NCBI RefSeq assembly: GCF_006345805.1
Contig: NC_042999.1
Coordinates: 98,208,001-98,272,000, forward strand
Direction of reading: 5' to 3'
From: Octopus sinensis
Taxonomy: Eukaryota
Length of the DNA stretch: 64,000 nt
Shown here: positions 36,942 through 51,612 of the stretch, in pieces
How the letters are laid out: the number at the start of each line of letters is the position of its first letter
Position numbering within the stretch: position 1 is the stretch's first letter
The notes under the pieces: model-generated
What the model was told of the DNA's origin: nothing
Databases searched by the model: none
Seen by the model: the letters and a program-made list of their open reading frames with translations, nothing else
Program-made: the position numbers and the translations under genes

Positions 36942-38309
36942 TCTCAAGGTTTAAAACAAACATAATTTTCGGTTTTAAAAAAAAAAAAAAAAAAACTTTT
37001 TTTTAGACATTCATTAGTACAACATCCCCACCCCCCAAATATATGGCACACTAGGCATAACAACAACATGAACTTCCAACCCTGTTGTCTCTTGAGGTCT
37101 CTGGGTGAGACTTGGAGCCAACTTGTACAAATATAAAGCAAAAGTCAAACATAGAATAATAATAATAATATATATATATAGTCAAATATTGCAGTTTGCT
37201 GACAAGAGAGAAAGACACCATTCAGTCAGTATACGAAGCATAATAGCTTTCCAAAGCTTAATTTTGGGGTTATTTTGTTGTATTGTCTTATTGGTTTGTA
37301 ATTTTGTGCTTCCATTATTTCATTTTTTAGAAACTGGTCCGTAGCTGTATACAGCATAAGCATCCAATGACGCAACAGCAGAAATATGAGTGAGGCACAA
37401 CAATATCAAGGGCAACGGAAAAATAAAGCAAAGTCACTAATGCATTAACCTGCGGGGAAAAATGACAATCCAGATATATCAGATAAAACATACAAATATC
37501 TCACACCATATATTAAAGCTATCTTTAATAGTACATAAAAGATTAGATATAAAATGCTTTATGAAATCGACTCAATGAAAGTTTTAGCAAAACATGATAT
37601 GACGACGTAACTGATAGTAAAATACAAGACAAATTACTGAACCGACCAATGAAAACTGATAGCCGAAAATAAAAGCAAGCAAAACTTTTGCTAAACAGGA
37701 TAGGATTTAAAATAAAGCAGGGTGTACTCTAGCAAATGAAACATCTATTGAATAGACCAATGAAAAGCTATACCCACCGAATTCGATAATGAAAAAACAA
37801 TAACTTATCAATGATAAAATGACATCAAATAAAATAAAGGCAAAAAGATAAATGACACCCCGGATATCATAACAAATACGAACAATGATAAAAGAACAAC
37901 CCACAATTTGCAAATGTTGTTATAACTACAGACAACGCCTTAATAAGGCATCATATAGAAACTGACAAATGAAAATTATAACCATACACAAAAGAATGAA
38001 TCCGCACCAATGTATACAGAACCAACCCGAAATACTGAAAAGGAAGGACAGTTCGCCTTATGATCGCAGTGGTGTGAAACTCAACTCGTGAGAAAAGAAT
38101 TCAGTGAACATACATACATACATCTACATGAATACACACACATATATTCATATATATATGTATATTTGTGTATATTTAATATATGTATACACACACACAC
38201 AATCACACGTATACGTATACACTCATCTATATGTAAATATATATTCATATGTTGTGCGTGTATGTATATGTGTGTGTTAACATATGTGCGTGTGTGTGTA
38301 TGTATATAT

Positions 38310-38340
<31 letters not shown>

Positions 38341-38707
38341 CGTATATATATACTTATATATACGTACATATATACATATATATATACGTATATATATACG
38401 TATATATACGTGTGTATTTGCGTGTGTAAATATATATATGATTTTAGTGTATGTATGTGTGTGTATGAGTGTGTGTATGTGTGTGTGTAGTGAGAGAGAG
38501 AGAGAGAGCGAGAGAAAGACAGAGAGAGAGATAGAGAGAGACAGACAGAGTGGAAGAAGAGACAGACTTCAGCACAAACTGAACTTACTCAAACAGACCA
38601 ACCGCACCGCAATATTCTTCATTTCACGCCATTTCTAATTCTCCAGACAATCTTTAATAATATATTATCTGAAAAGTCAAACACTCCTTCACACACACAC
38701 ACACACG

Positions 38708-38749
<42 letters not shown>

Positions 38750-38918
38750 AACTCACTCATACGAGCATGCATGCATATATACGTACATGTTCTTACATCT
38801 TTACGTGTACACTTGCACGTTCTCTCTCACTCTCTCTCACGCACACCCATACATACATACATACATACATACATACATACATACATACATGTTTACATTC
38901 ATATGTGTGTGTGTGTGT

Positions 38919-38986
<68 letters not shown>

Positions 38987-41764
38987 TGTGTATACACTCA
39001 TGCTCATAAACATGCATATACACACCTAAGCATGATTCTGATACGCTTGACAGTCAAGCCCATGGACACATTACACCATACATGAAAAGTGAAATGTCAG
39101 CCATGGAATTTGAGGCGGGGAGGACGACAAACTGTGCTGCGAGAGGAAGAGTGGGGGAGTGTTTCTTGGCAAACATTTTGGTTACGTGATAAAGTAGACT
39201 TACTCAACGACACCACCCTGATCACCATCTCTAGAAACCACCATCATCGCAATCAGCCATTTTTAGACAGGATATGAGCCGAAGAAGGCGTCATAAGGTG
39301 GCCGCTGTATCTGCTAGAAATAGCAGTCAAATTTCCCTTAAACGACGCCTTACCATCTCAAAATAAGGACACAATGGATTAAATAGTGAGGTTCTGAGTT
39401 ACCTACACGTAAGAAAAACGATGAGATGGTCACATCTGGGATATCTTTCATTATAGTCCTGATAGACCAGTGTTGAGCTGGGTGTTAAACAACAGCAACT
39501 AGTTATCACCAGCACCATTACCATCACCATCATCGCCACTGAACACCACATGCGTGCGTATATTCGGTCACTCGTGCTGCTAGAAGTAGCTGCCTGAATC
39601 TCTCTCAAGTCACCATTTTCAGCTTCAAATGAAGATACATTGGATAATGGAGTAAGTGGTAAGTAAAGCTTTTAAAAAGACGATATGGCTATGGTTAGAA
39701 TGTTTATGATTATGAATCTGGTTAAGGCGAACATGAAGTTTATCAACAACAACTATTAATGTCAAGAGATGTCACCACCAAAGACACTACAGTGACTTGC
39801 CATCATCTTTATTATTACCACCAGACACCGCCACTACTATGGGCTTACAAAGGAATTTCTAATTGAATGCGTGACAAGTTGGACATAACCCAATCGTCCT
39901 TAAATAAAACACTTTGGATAATGTAGTCTTGGGTTCTTCCTAACAGGTGGGAAACAGAAGGACTGATAAAACCTGGAATGCTTTTATCTACTCGAACAGG
40001 GCTGACTTGGGTCTAACAACAACAGCAACAACAACAACAGCAACAACAATAAAATCATCGTCAATAACAACAATAGCCACTACCAAGAGAGGCCGACAAA
40101 AGAACTTTTAGCAATAAAAGCCAAAATTCCTCTCCAATCACAATCTGTTGTCTAAGGAAAGAGAAGATATTTTTCGAAATTGGGGAAGTTTGTAGTTTAC
40201 ATCGTAAATAAACCAAAAGGAGAGCAAAGGACTATTGACCCGTGAATCCCTGTAATTTTTTATAGTTAGTTTAATTGGGGTAACTAGGTCCAATTTCAAT
40301 GTTATTAATAGTTTTGGATAATCTAGTCTTGACTGCAATATGTGAGTATGCATAAATAAGGTGAGGTGGTCATGAATGGAACGCTGTTGATCAGAGGCGC
40401 CAATCATAACATACTAGTATTCCTAAATACCATAAATGGAGAGACTACAAAGCACGCAACACATCAGGTACAACAAAATGATACAAATAACACCAGAGGT
40501 ACGCAATATATTCACTTCTAAATCCCTTTTGCATCCTAAATAATCCACACTTTCATAAAGCATACGTTTCAAAATTAACTTCAAACAACCGCTCTCCAAC
40601 TATCATTTTCTGCGCCCACAGCAAAATGGTAAACAAATCCGCAACTATCTAGCATTCACATGACCGTCATCATCACAATACAGTCATATCAATGAACAAA
40701 GTAGAGCATCGTTCCAGTAGAGACCAACCCTAATATTCGTCAGTGGTCACTATCAGGACAATGCTCTGTTTATAGCACCAGCTTTATGAGTGAACAAACC
40801 AAGAACAATTTCGTGAACCTAAAAAAGAAAAATCAGCTGATGAAAATACTTTCAATAAATTATATTTAGTAGAAATCAACATAATAACTAGTGGAGTTAC
40901 TTGAACAAAATAATTTTAAGCGTTTAAAAATATCCTCCAACGGGAAACAATTGAAAATTACAAACCCAATGAAACATCTGTAGTAACCGCTCTGACAAAG
41001 TTAGGAGTAATATCATACACAAGCCATTGGAGCTCAGATATACAGCTGGTATCAGGCAGCTAAATAAAGAACTGACAGTAAAATAAATCCAAAAGAAGCA
41101 GAAGTTTGTAGGCATCAAGTTGTAAATTATTATACAAAATCGAAAACAAAAAGAATCAAAGGTCCTTTCCGAACCACAGGCTCATAAGGCCGGTTTGCCG
41201 AATTCTGAGACGTATATAATCCTCCTGGATGGGACGCTGGCTCGCCACAGGCCCACTCATTTTGTGAGCTGAATGGCCCTGTGGTATCGAAGTTCACAAT
41301 TTCGTCAATCGAAGCAGCTTCCAAGCTTCACTACTAATTCAGTTCTCAATTAAATTGCAAACTATTAATAGTTTTAAAGAGGACACCTCCTCAGCTACAC
41401 TTTGGCATAAATAGTTTTCAGTAGAAAAAGTTACATCAAAATATCTGCGACCTCAATGGGGGCAGTAAGGCAGATATTCATCTTCAATTAACATAATTTT
41501 TTAAAATTTTAAATTAAAAGTATGCTTTTCTTAGGCTTAAACGATAGAAAAATGTAGAGGAATTCAGAATCGCATTGAACAAAAATTATTAGAAAAAGAG
41601 TTATGAGGTATAATGTTACGAAATTTTATGTCAGTAAGTAAGGAAGTAAGGGTGTAACGCTTAAACAATAAGAATAAAGAATATATTTCTAAAATGAACC
41701 TTTACTGCCTAAGGTTGTGAAGTGGCAGAAGTGTTAGCACGGTAGGCAAAAGACTTATTTCGTC

Positions 41765-42118
41765 GGTCTTTACGCTTTAAGTTCAAATTTCGCCGAGGTC
41801 GACTTTGATGTTCAGATTATTTCATTTATTTTTTTTTTTTAGATAAACACTTTTAAACTTCCGATACTGGTAGAATGTGTCACAAAGAACAGGGTTTACT
41901 CTTAACGTTTTTGACAAAATTTTGTATTTTAGAAGCGGTATTTCGTCTGTCTGAGTTCAAATTCCGCCGAGGTCGACTTTGCCTTTCATCATTTTCGGAT
42001 CTTTTCAATTAGACTACAGATTATTCAATTAATTATTTTTTTTTTTACTAAACACTTTGAAACTTCCGATATTGATAGAATGTATCACATAGAGCAGGGT
42101 TTACTCCTAACGTTTTGG
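41765..42118 (+). repeat. Diverged tandem duplication (~185-nt period) including a SINE-B fragment
   Basis: GTTCAAATT.CGCCGAGGTCGACTTTG and AAACACTTT.AAACTTCCGATA.TG.TAGAATGT.TCACA.AG..CAGGGTTTACTC.TAACGTTTT each occur twice. Confidence 0.8.
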
Positions 42119-42857
42119 AGTAAATCGAACCAATCGAACTATTGAAAGAGCCTCTACCTGGTCACTCGACACACTAAAAATAGCAGCCAAAGTATCCCCC
42201 TACCTAAATCACACGCCCATTGTATATAATGTCCTACATTATCCCTAAAAAGACGGTTTGCTGAAGTCTGGAATGTCTTTGATGATAGATATGCAGTATC
42301 AAGGTTGATTTGAGGCTAAATGACAACAACATGATGGTACATTTCTATATCAACACCCGCACGATTTTCCTTAAGAAAAAAAAAACAAATTTGATTTTTT
42401 GCGTGGAATCACGTACCCTGACCTCCTAATATGCTGCAAATCCCTTATTTTGGTTCGGAAAAAATAACGTGGGTGGCTCCCCCACCCCAATCCCGGAATC
42501 ATTGGAAAATTTTTTTTCGTTGAATGAATTCCTGTGACCTCCTAATATTGCAAAATTAGGTTACTTAAGGTGAGCCTGGTAACTGATGGTTTTGGAGTCT
42601 TGTTTGTAACTTTTGGTGAGCCATGGTGCAACCAACAACATGGTAAAAATCACTGCCATTAATTTGGTATGGATGGGTAATATCAAATTATTCAATCACA
42701 ACATATATATTTAATTTTAAAAATGAAAAAAAAATTAAATATTACCATCACTTACATGGAAAAATTGAAATATTATCTTTCAGTATCTTATAAGGTAAAA
42801 TCTTAAATTGTCACATTATAAATTATCTTATAACAGCAATGCCTGGAAAAATCATAG

Positions 42858-43376
42858 ATTACATGGAAAAATGCGAGCATGAAAAGTAATATCCTTTAGA
42901 TTATAAACCTGGAAAAGTACAAGACAAGTTATTATACCTGTAAAAGTATAGGACAAGCTATTGCTTCTAGTAAAGTAAAGAATAAGAAACTTTCTACTTA
43001 AAATATTGCAGCTAAAATTAAAATTTGAATATTAAAATCATTTTATTATAGTTTACAAATAACACTAAACTTATTTAAGTAGGATTTGGCTAATTTACTA
43101 CCTTACATACAGAAAAAGTGACTAATTAGACAAACTTACAAATTAGTTGAACTGTTTTGTACAGTAAATTAAAAATATGAGAACTGTTAAGTGTGATAAA
43201 TTAGAAGAAATGGCATTCTTTGCTGCAATATTTTAAGTAAAAAGTTCGTTATTCTTTACTTTACTTGAAGTAATAGCTTGTCCTATACTTTTACAAGTGT
43301 AATAACTTGTCCTGTACTTTTCCAGGTTTATAATCTTAAGAATATTACTTTTCATGCTCGCATTTTTCCATGTAAT
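42858..43376. mobile_element. Foldback/MITE-like element with ~155-bp inverted arms
   Basis: 42858-43012 is the reverse complement of ~43222-43376; termini ATTACATGG...CCATGTAAT; internal CTG(G/T)AAAAGTA..(G)GACAAG.TATT subrepeats. Confidence 0.85.
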
Positions 43377-45239
43377 AATAATTGTTCGAATTAAAATAGA
43401 CACATTTGAGTGTATGGAAGCACATTTTGATAGTCATTTATAATGCATAGTGAGATTGCAAGCATAATCCATGATAGCGGTCTTTGTATTTTTAGAATTG
43501 TAATTCTCTTGCTGTTTCTTGGAGACCTTCCTAAAATGTCAAAGTAATTATCTTCTCGTTTATATAGTATGAGAACGGAAGAACGTATGGAAACGGACAT
43601 ATACAAAACAAAATACCGTCCTTGTTATTTTTTCATGCACTTTCTAAAATTGTTAAGCATTTTTTAACTACTTGGACAGTTCCATGAATGGACAATACAT
43701 TTGAGGAAGTAGTCTTTTGTGTTGCTGTCGAGTTAAGAAAGCGAATGTCTAATACAGTGCCGGTAAGGGGAAATTATCTCCAAATCTGCGATGCTCCAAG
43801 AGTTACTCGGCCACAGTCGAAATCTACACCTGCTCATCAGTAGTCGTGAGATTAGACAAAGGTGATATTACGACGTCAAATATTCCTCAAATTCCTTTCG
43901 GATGGATAAACGTAGATGGATGTGTTAACGGCAGAGCTTTGTTCTTCAAATTTCTTTTAATCATCTGCACTGCAAATTCTTTGCTATATGATGTGTACGT
44001 ATACTTCTTTAGCATTCATACTTAACAACCGTTGCATACTTTCCTTTGATTACATTTTTAATAAGTGTCACTCCATTGTGTCGTATCTTTTGTATAAACA
44101 AACTCGTTGCGAACAAGTTTATTTTTGCTGTTTTTGCGAGGTTAAGAATTCGGTTATGTTGAGGAGTTGAAAAATTTATACATCTACTCGTGAAATGAAA
44201 TCAATATCAAGAATTCGCCATCTTCCCAGTAATTTGTATTTACCAACTTTAATTTTTATTATTTTTTGTCTGATTTCCTCAGTTATTGCTGGTCAGTTGA
44301 ATTACTGTTAGCATTTAATGTCACAATACGACGCATTTTAAACCGCTAATTGGGCTACAGAAAGGACCCTGTTGTTTATATCTGGAAGATCAATCAGAGT
44401 TTATACAGTCGTCGCAAACGCCAGATAAAATATATTCTCATGGCGGTACTTAGTATTAATTCTGTTTGTTCTATTGATTTGCTGGATATTACATAATGTT
44501 TATACTCTGTTCAAAGTGGGCATTGCCGTGATATGTATATGATTAAACAGTCGGCATTAAAATGGTCGGCACATCAGCCTTTTACTTTCCATGCATGGTT
44601 GGACAATATAGTGATGTTTCTCTTTTCTTCATTTCTGAAAGTGGACTCATAATTGAGGAAAAGGTTTAAAAGTTTGCTCCCAAGCATACTGCTACAATTT
44701 TTTAATTTTCCGTTTGCATGCTATCCATTTTGAGTGTTACCTTAACATCGTAGATGATTGCTATAAATGTATTGTGATAATGAAAGTAGTTGGAAAATAG
44801 TTCTCAAAATGCATGTAATATGTTGATATGATTACATGGATTGTTTAGGATGTTATCTACATTGCTTGAGGGTGAGAGTACCAGAATACGCTATGTGCAT
44901 TAATGATATTATCTGGGGGTGTTAGGATATTGCGGTTGTGGTGTGTAAGCTGGTAGGAAGCTTACTAAGGTCGGTGGTAGTATTTAGAATAATTGTGTCT
45001 CGTGTAACTGTTTTAATTTTTATACGGAATATTTGTAAACACAGTGTGTTGCCACGCTCTTTCAATGACCAAGAACCATTTATGGTATCCATGTACTAGA
45101 TGTATAATGTTATGTATATTATGAAGAATTCACTGTAGTTTGGGCTGTGTTACCTGAGCGGAGAGCAATTAGGTATTTGAGGAGACACGTGCTGGAGATG
45201 TAGCTTCGTCATTTGTATTACTGCTATCTCTTTTTTTTT

Positions 45240-45600
45240 ACTTGTTTCAGTCATTTGACTGTGGTCACGCTGGAGTACCGCCTTTAGCCAAGCAAATCGA
45301 CCCCAGGACTTATTCTTTGTAAGCCTAGTACTTATTCTATCGGTATCTTTTGCCGAACTGGTAAGTTTCGGGGACGTAAACACACCAGTATCGGTTGTCA
45401 AGCGATGTTGGGGGGGACAAACACAGACACACAAACATACACACACACATACATATATATATACTACCAAATCCACTCACAAGGCTTGGGTCGGCCCGAG
45501 GCTATAGTAGAAAACACTTGCCAAAGGTGGCACGCAGTGGGAATGAACCCGGAACCATGTGGTTGGTAAGCAAGCTACTTACCACACAGCCACTCCTGCT
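45240..45600 (-). mobile_element. SINE family A, full length
   Basis: Reverse complement of the family A head, body and tail. Confidence 0.88.
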
Positions 45601-46693
45601 GTTAAGTTTTTTTTTTAATCCGATAAAACTGTCTACCGGTTGTTAGTGTTATATTGCAGTAATTTTTTATCTTTACTGTTATTTAGCATTCAGTTAGCTG
45701 TAATCAAGTAATCTGATGATCAAAAACATTCCACAAGGGACCATTCAGTTATTTTTTTCAGGCACAGTACATCAAGGACTGCCTTATCCAATGTGTCCTG
45801 TGAACGTGGTAGAATGTCATTTAAAGTAAAATTAGCAGCTATTTTTTGCAAGTTGGGAGCAACTACGTAAAGGTTCCATTTTCGGCTTGCTTGTGATATA
45901 TAGAGATTTCGAATTTTGGATTTTATTGGTTTTTGTTTGTGATGTGCTTTGATTTTAGTGTGTTGGTTCTTTTTTTTTTTTTTCGAAACCGTACTACTGT
46001 TGTTGTTGTTGATGTTGTTGTTGGGAAGATTGTCTGAAAAAAGTAAATATACATCTGGCTCTCTCTGTGTTGTATGCTGCGAATTCTTAATGCTGAGTTG
46101 TGTTGTTGTTTAACCCCAGTCATGCTCTAATCAGCTATTGTCGAATACATTCAAAATCGAGAGATCATAACTACTTTCTCCTTCTTTTCTGTTTCCTTAT
46201 TTATATAAAGAAACACAAACTACATTTGCTCAGTGTGTTCTTTTTTGAAAAGAATAGGGTGTGATTTGAGGGAGACAGGGTTACTAATTTTGTTGTTTCA
46301 ACGACCACTTAGAAGATCTTTCATTGGCTAGGTTTCTCTTTTTCTCACTGTATGCTATGTGATACTCCAGTTTTAAAACCTGAAGTACCACATACCATAA
46401 ACCCAACCAAAGCAACATTACAAGCATAATTTACAAAGACATTCCTACTTTTTCGATGTTCTCTTCTTTTTTGTGTATAGCCGCCACTTGATTTTGCTTA
46501 TACGTGGTGTTCATTTACTTATGTTTATTTTTAATCGTTACGCCAACGTTCCAGTTGTTTTGTGGTGTAGTACATTCAGATCTACATTATCCGGAGTGTG
46601 TTGCTTTTGTGATATGGACGGTGTGCATTAAAGTTTTGAAGTAGACTCTAGCAAGTCCAACAACCGCGTAGAAGTTCTCTCGTTGGTCTAACA

Positions 46694-46894
46694 CAGTAGT
46701 TTTCAACCAGGGTTCCGCCAGTACAGTGTAGGGGTTCCGCAAGAAGTTACAAAACTGCTAAAATCGGCAGTAATTTTAAAGTCTCCTGTGCAGATATGTG
46801 TGCATAAGACTATTAAATTATTGCACAGGGGTTCCTCGAGCCAGTGGAATGCTTCCTTGGGGTTCCACTCCAGTAAAAAGTTTGAAAAGTACTG
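46694..46894. mobile_element. hAT-superfamily MITE (201 bp) with 8-bp TSD
   Basis: TIRs CAGTAGTTTTCAAC / GTTTGAAAAGTACTG; TSD GTCTAACA at 46686-46693 and 46895-46902. Confidence 0.92.
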
Positions 46895-47049
46895 GTCTAA
46901 CATGTTAATGCTTTTTGAAAAAAATAAGTAAAAGGTATGATTGATTGCATATGTACGGAATTGTAATTTACTAATGTACTAGCCTATATTACTGTAGTTA
47001 ACATACTGCAGCATGGAGATCGTCATCTGTCGATAAAACTTACAACTTT

Positions 47050-48020
47050 ATCTCAAATTATGCAGAAAATATTCTAACCACTTATTCTGCATAAGTGTAT
47101 TTAGACAGTCTTCGGGAAAATATATTGTACGAGGAATGATGTGCCCGTGGATACCTTACTTAGCCTCATTTTAGCTAGTTTCTATATAAATGAACTAAAA
47201 TACATGGTGCTTAGCATCACAACTCACTCACATATTATAGACATATTGACAGTAAAAATAGAAAAATAATTTATACAAATTTTAGTAACTAAATTTGTTT
47301 ATATAACTAATGATGATAAGCATACCATAAATGTCTACAACGGAATCTATAATAACATGTACTCAAATACAAAGAAGGAATATCTAGATAATATAATATA
47401 CATCAACCATTAAATCTTCATTCAAGAGAACACGCATTCAATATCTTTTAACTTAACATAATACCAGAAAGTATTGAGGCGTAAAAAGCAAAACCTGGGT
47501 AATAATCGTTACACAAACTTTTAGACTTAATTATATATTAATACAACTAGAGAATAAACAGCACATCTACTAACATCATAAACAAATTAGTTAATGCACA
47601 TATACTATATTTTACCCATTATGAAACTAATGAAAGTGCTTTAAGAAGGATGGTTACAGAAACTGAATGTCATTCAAAACTTAGTATATTACTTATAGCA
47701 ACATAAGAACTAAAAAAACATCGAATCTAGAGCATTGTATATGAAGATAATACAGCCATAATCAACAAATTGTAATGCAACTTACAAAACACCCAGCACT
47801 GCGTCCATTACTCTGGTAAGATCAGCCCTAATTGAATAGATATAATCAAAAGCGTTCCAGCGTTAGATATCCTATCTTTTATTTGGATTTGGTATATTCC
47901 TTCTTTTAAGCCGGTGAGGTATGATTTCAGTTGGCTGGTCAAGTGGCTGCGAAGAGGCCTCCCCTCAAAATAATTACATTCAGTTGTGCCCAATGTAGTA
48001 TACAAATTTGCCTGCATATA
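47050..48020 (+). mobile_element. Penelope-like RT/GIY-YIG remnant, highly decayed
   Basis: DVPVDTLLSLILASFYINEL resembles G.PMGSPLSP.LA.FYM..LE; TYYRHID resembles YxRYVDD; NVVYKFAC at ~47992 resembles the GIY-YIG start. Confidence 0.6.
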
Positions 48021-48479
48021 TCGTAGTTGCAACAGCAATAAACCTGTTCTAGTCTCGGCGTTTAATTGAATATATGTGCGTGTACGTGTACGTGTACGAG
48101 TGTATGTGCGTATATGTGTAAATGTGGACACACACAAATGCACAATTAAAGAATTAACTAGTCCTTTTAGAAAACTAGAACTTAGTATCATAGTAATACA
48201 TATACACCTATAATTAACTTTCTAGACGTTTCTTTAGATATACAGTAAAACCTCAATAATCGCAGGTGTTATGTTCCAAAACAACTCGCGATAGGTGAAA
48301 GTCCTCGAAGTAGAAACAGCACTATATGGCTTTATAATTTGTATATATTTATTTTATTATTTTTATATATTTAAGCTTTTATTAACTCTCCCCACACTCT
48401 TAGGAGTACCCGTGTCTTCTCTTTTTTGCAGGTGAGGAACATAGTGATGGGCAGTTGCTGGCGCTGCCTTTTCTTCTGG

Positions 48480-49927
<1,448 letters not shown>

Positions 49928-51510
49928 TAAGGTGAGCTCTTACACGTTTCATGCCTCTGATAATACTATAGTCGGACGAGCTTATATAGCGTGCCGTATA
50001 TTTTTAGGTAAACATTCAGTCTCAAAATATCTCAAATGTCTTGAACCTGAAAATATACGACACGCTATACAAGCTTGTCCTACCAATGTATTACCAGAGG
50101 CATGAAACTTTTAGTAGCTCGCTTTAAGTCCTGTGTATATCAGATCATATTCACCTCTCACTGGAAGAAGTTCTTTGTTTATCCTACCATGTAACAGAGC
50201 AATACACTACATGTGTATGTATGTACGTATGTATGTATGTATAATGCAATGTTTCATGTTGATTACGTAGTATCTATAATAATCCACGTCACTCGTGATC
50301 GAGATAAGAAGGGACTAGTGTGAAAAGATGAAAAGATGAAAAGAAATAAGAAAAGAAGCAGATAAAGAAAGGAAGAAATTGAAGAGGGTTTATCTATGAG
50401 TGATACATATTATCATTTGTTATACTGTGACGCTTGGAGAAATGTTCAAGATGTTATCAGTTTGTAGCCGTATCTTGATAAAAGAATGGCTTCATCTTTG
50501 TAGCAAAACTCGCAAGGCATCGTAAAACAAATGAAAGGTAAGTTATCACAGGTAATATATAAAAGACATTTATTTTACTTGTATCAGTTTTCCTGGCGTA
50601 TTAATAGTTATGAAAACATCTGAAGAAGTTGACAGCGATAAACTTGCAACATATCTTGGGTTAATTATATTTCATGTTTCATTTATTCAAACCTTCAGAA
50701 ACAAAACTTTTTTTGTAAATGTATTAATATTGAACTATTTCTTTCATTTGCAGCAATGCTTAAAATATTATCTTCTACCTTAGGAAAACGCAATTAAACC
50801 CGTACAAAACCACACCGAAAAAATCTACTGCAAACGGCAATGAAGAGAAAGCATTGGACCACAGTTAAAGACATTTGGTATTCTGACTATAAAAAATCAG
50901 TTTAAAGTCAACGCACCTTTAGGACTTCATAGATACTACATTCATTTGGCTTCACAGAAAATAAATGATATATGACTTTTGATGGCATATTGTCAAAGCT
51001 AGCTCAATTGCAGGACGCCTTACTACTACTATACAGAATACATATATATTAAAAATTGCCCTATGTATCTGTTTTCAAAAAAAAAAAAAATCCCTAACAC
51101 ACACTTCCAGAGATGCGAAATAAATTAGGACGAAGTTACCCAGTCATTTCAAAAAGATACGAGAGAATAATCTGCAAAACGACTACGAAAGTATGTTTAG
51201 TGTCACAATAGATATAAAATAAAAACATTGTCGCATTGTTGAAGATTAAATTTTCCGCTTTAATTGTTTCACATTCCAAATAAAACATGGTGGCAGGTGT
51301 CGTAAATAAGTCTTTCCAAGAAATTTCTGCCTTTCCGCATGGAAGGTACTGGAGAAGAGATCTAAGAAGAACACATCTTTTCTGTGAAACTGAGATATTT
51401 TCTCAACCTTAAAACTATGTTGAAATCTTAATATTTTTATAAGTACGAGCTCAAGTTTGTTTTGGAAATTTACCATTATTTACTTTGTCATTCCTTCATA
51501 CTTCATGTTT

Positions 51511-51612
51511 GTATGTGTGTGTCGTCGTGTGTATGAGCGTGTGTGTATGTGTGTGTCGCTGTGTGTATGAACGTGTGTGTATGTGTGCGTCACCGTGTGT
51601 ATGAGCATGTGT
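51511..51612. repeat. 34-bp minisatellite x3 derived from (GT)n
   Basis: GTATGTGTGTGTCGTCGTGTGTATGAGCGTGTGT and two variants in tandem. Confidence 0.8.

Noticed and set aside
43620-45130. Coding-like decayed sequence, possibly CR1/Jockey or other TE remnants
   Set aside because: No diagnostic motif could be read unambiguously.
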